Below, in pieces: positions 49,678 through 51,202 of a DNA stretch of 51,202 nucleotides. The DNA comes from Octopus bimaculoides. Its lineage: Eukaryota. The notes beneath the pieces are model-generated. The model was not told where the DNA came from. It searched no databases and worked only from the letters and a program-made list of their open reading frames with translations. Both the position numbers and the translations under genes were made by a program. The stretch spans positions 21,055,009-21,106,210 of the forward strand of contig NC_068981.1 of the NCBI RefSeq assembly GCF_001194135.2. The letters run 5' to 3'. Position 1 is the first letter of the stretch. Each line of letters opens with the position of its first letter.

Positions 49678-49727
49678 CTATGCAAAGCTTACATCATCTA
49701 GGACCAGACAATGTAAGCTTTGCATAG
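49678..49727. other. Compact hairpin: perfect 17-bp stem, 2x2 internal loop, 3-bp stem, 6-nt loop
   Basis: ctatgcaaagcttacat-ca-tct-aggacc-aga-ca-atgtaagctttgcatag. Confidence 0.85.
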
Positions 49728-50284
49728 CAGAGCAGGCAAGAATCGTTAAAGACTTGCTGGACCTGAAGTCTCTCTTAAATTCAAGACATGAGATCTATAC
49801 CCCCTGCTCCCATTTCAAATGCTACCTGCTACAGGCATGGGATTCCCTGTTTGTTGATTAGGACTGTAAAAAGTACTTGTTGACTAGAACTAGCCCAAGG
49901 ATGGAGATTCTCTGTTTGCCTTTTAGATCCATAAGATTTGCTGATTGGACCAGTCTAAAGGCAGTAACTTGTTCTATTTAAGGCTCAGACAGTGTATATT
50001 ACTTTTTTGTTTACAAATTAACTGATTGCAACTATTTTCTACCTCCAGTTTGAAGAGAGGTTATATGCCTGCTGCCATTGAAGTCTGATGAGTTGTCTAT
50101 AAAGCTAAGTGCTTTATGGATGCAAAACCATTGTCCACTCTATGGCTGTACATATATTAAACTTCATGTAAATATTACATACTTATATACATACATATAT
50201 ATATATTATATATATGTATATATATATTATATATACACACATACACATGTACTCAAATTTCAACATCTGTTTCATCATGCTTGT

Positions 50285-50815
50285 ATAGGTGGGTGTGTCT
50301 TCTTTCACACAGCATGTCCACAACCAGCATGGTCCTTTGTCACTATCTCTGTGAGATGCAACAACTCCAGATTTATCTTTACTACTTTATCTCAAGTCTT
50401 TCATGGTCCCCCTCTTCCACAAGCTTCATTCGCTTTGAGCACATGACGCTTCTTTATATAGCTGTTCTCCAAATGCATCATTTGCCCATACCAACACACC
50501 CTTCTCTCTTGCACACTATGTCTTCCATTTGATTTTTATCACAGTTCAGTTGTACTCTAGCTTTTATCCACACTAGTACTACACATTCAGCTTTGATCGT
50601 TTGCTTTATTCTTTTCTAGTTTTCACAAATCCTCTGTGTTCAAGGTCAACATTTCACTAACATGCAGCATCACACTTCATTCATAACCATCATACAACTG
50701 GTATTTCTCTCTGAGAGAAAAGCTCTTTGTTGCCAACAGAGGAAGTAGCTCCTTAAACTGTTTCCAACCAGTTCTTACTCTAGCTACTTAGCTTTCTGAG
50801 CACTCACCTCCACTG
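50285..50815 (-). mobile_element. Decayed RTE RT C-terminus and ORF end
   Basis: Colinear with 41400-41900 (ctgagagaaaagctctttgttgccaacagaggaag; cctcttccacaag). Confidence 0.8.
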
Positions 50816-50994
50816 TGTACATGTGTATGTATGTGCATATTTTTTTATGACATTATCAAAGGGTCACTATATCAATAAGAAAACTGCAAACAGTGCTCTT
50901 TGAATGAAGTTCCTTGTTTATATTTATTTTGCATTTCTTTGCTGCCATCAGAAAAGTAGTGAACCAATGATTGGCCTATTGGATACTGGTTCAC

Positions 50995-51150
50995 ATCATT
51001 ATCATCACCACCATTCTATGTCCATTTTCTATGCAAGCATGGGTTGGACAGTTCAACAGGAGCTAGAGAGCCAGAGGATTGCACTATACTCCAATGTCTA
51101 CTTTGACATGGTTTCTCTGGTTGGATACCCTTCTTAACCCCAAATACTTT
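50995..51150 (-). mobile_element. GAT-tailed retroposon 3' end
   Basis: catcattatcatcac..atgcaagcatgggttggacagtt core. Confidence 0.8.
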
Positions 51151-51202
51151 TTATATCATAAATTGTGATATAAAATGAATAGTTGTAATATATATATATA
51201 TA

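Overview
AT-rich eukaryotic genomic DNA, most likely from an octopus or other coleoid cephalopod. That assignment is inferred from the SINE/RTE repeat families and the very high CA/TA/CATA microsatellite density. There are seven N-gaps and no rRNA, genuine tRNA gene, CRISPR array or intact long ORF. Most ORFs in the supplied track are microsatellite read-through or antisense frames of decayed transposons. The window is a mosaic of dead mobile elements: an internally deleted Ty3/Gypsy element (gag-protease joined directly to the integrase C-terminus, then a CCAAT-rich putative LTR and possibly a second gag); many RTE-clade LINE fragments whose RT carries a PHD-like Cys/His insertion; CR1- and L2/Crack-like RT relics; an R4/Dong-type restriction-like-endonuclease LINE 3' end; a mariner transposase pseudogene; hAT- and piggyBac-type MITEs; a Helitron-like insertion; and several SINE families. 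Short candidate exons with good splice signals occur on both strands, but I could not assemble a gene model or name a product. The most notable extra structure is a CpG-retaining domain (~4.5-13 kb) with promoter-like ends, several long near-perfect hairpins and inverted SINE pairs, a short telomeric-repeat insertion, and 3'-end/target microhomology in one SINE family. I do not see a convincing novel multi-gene system. All homology calls come from motif recognition by eye, not database searches.
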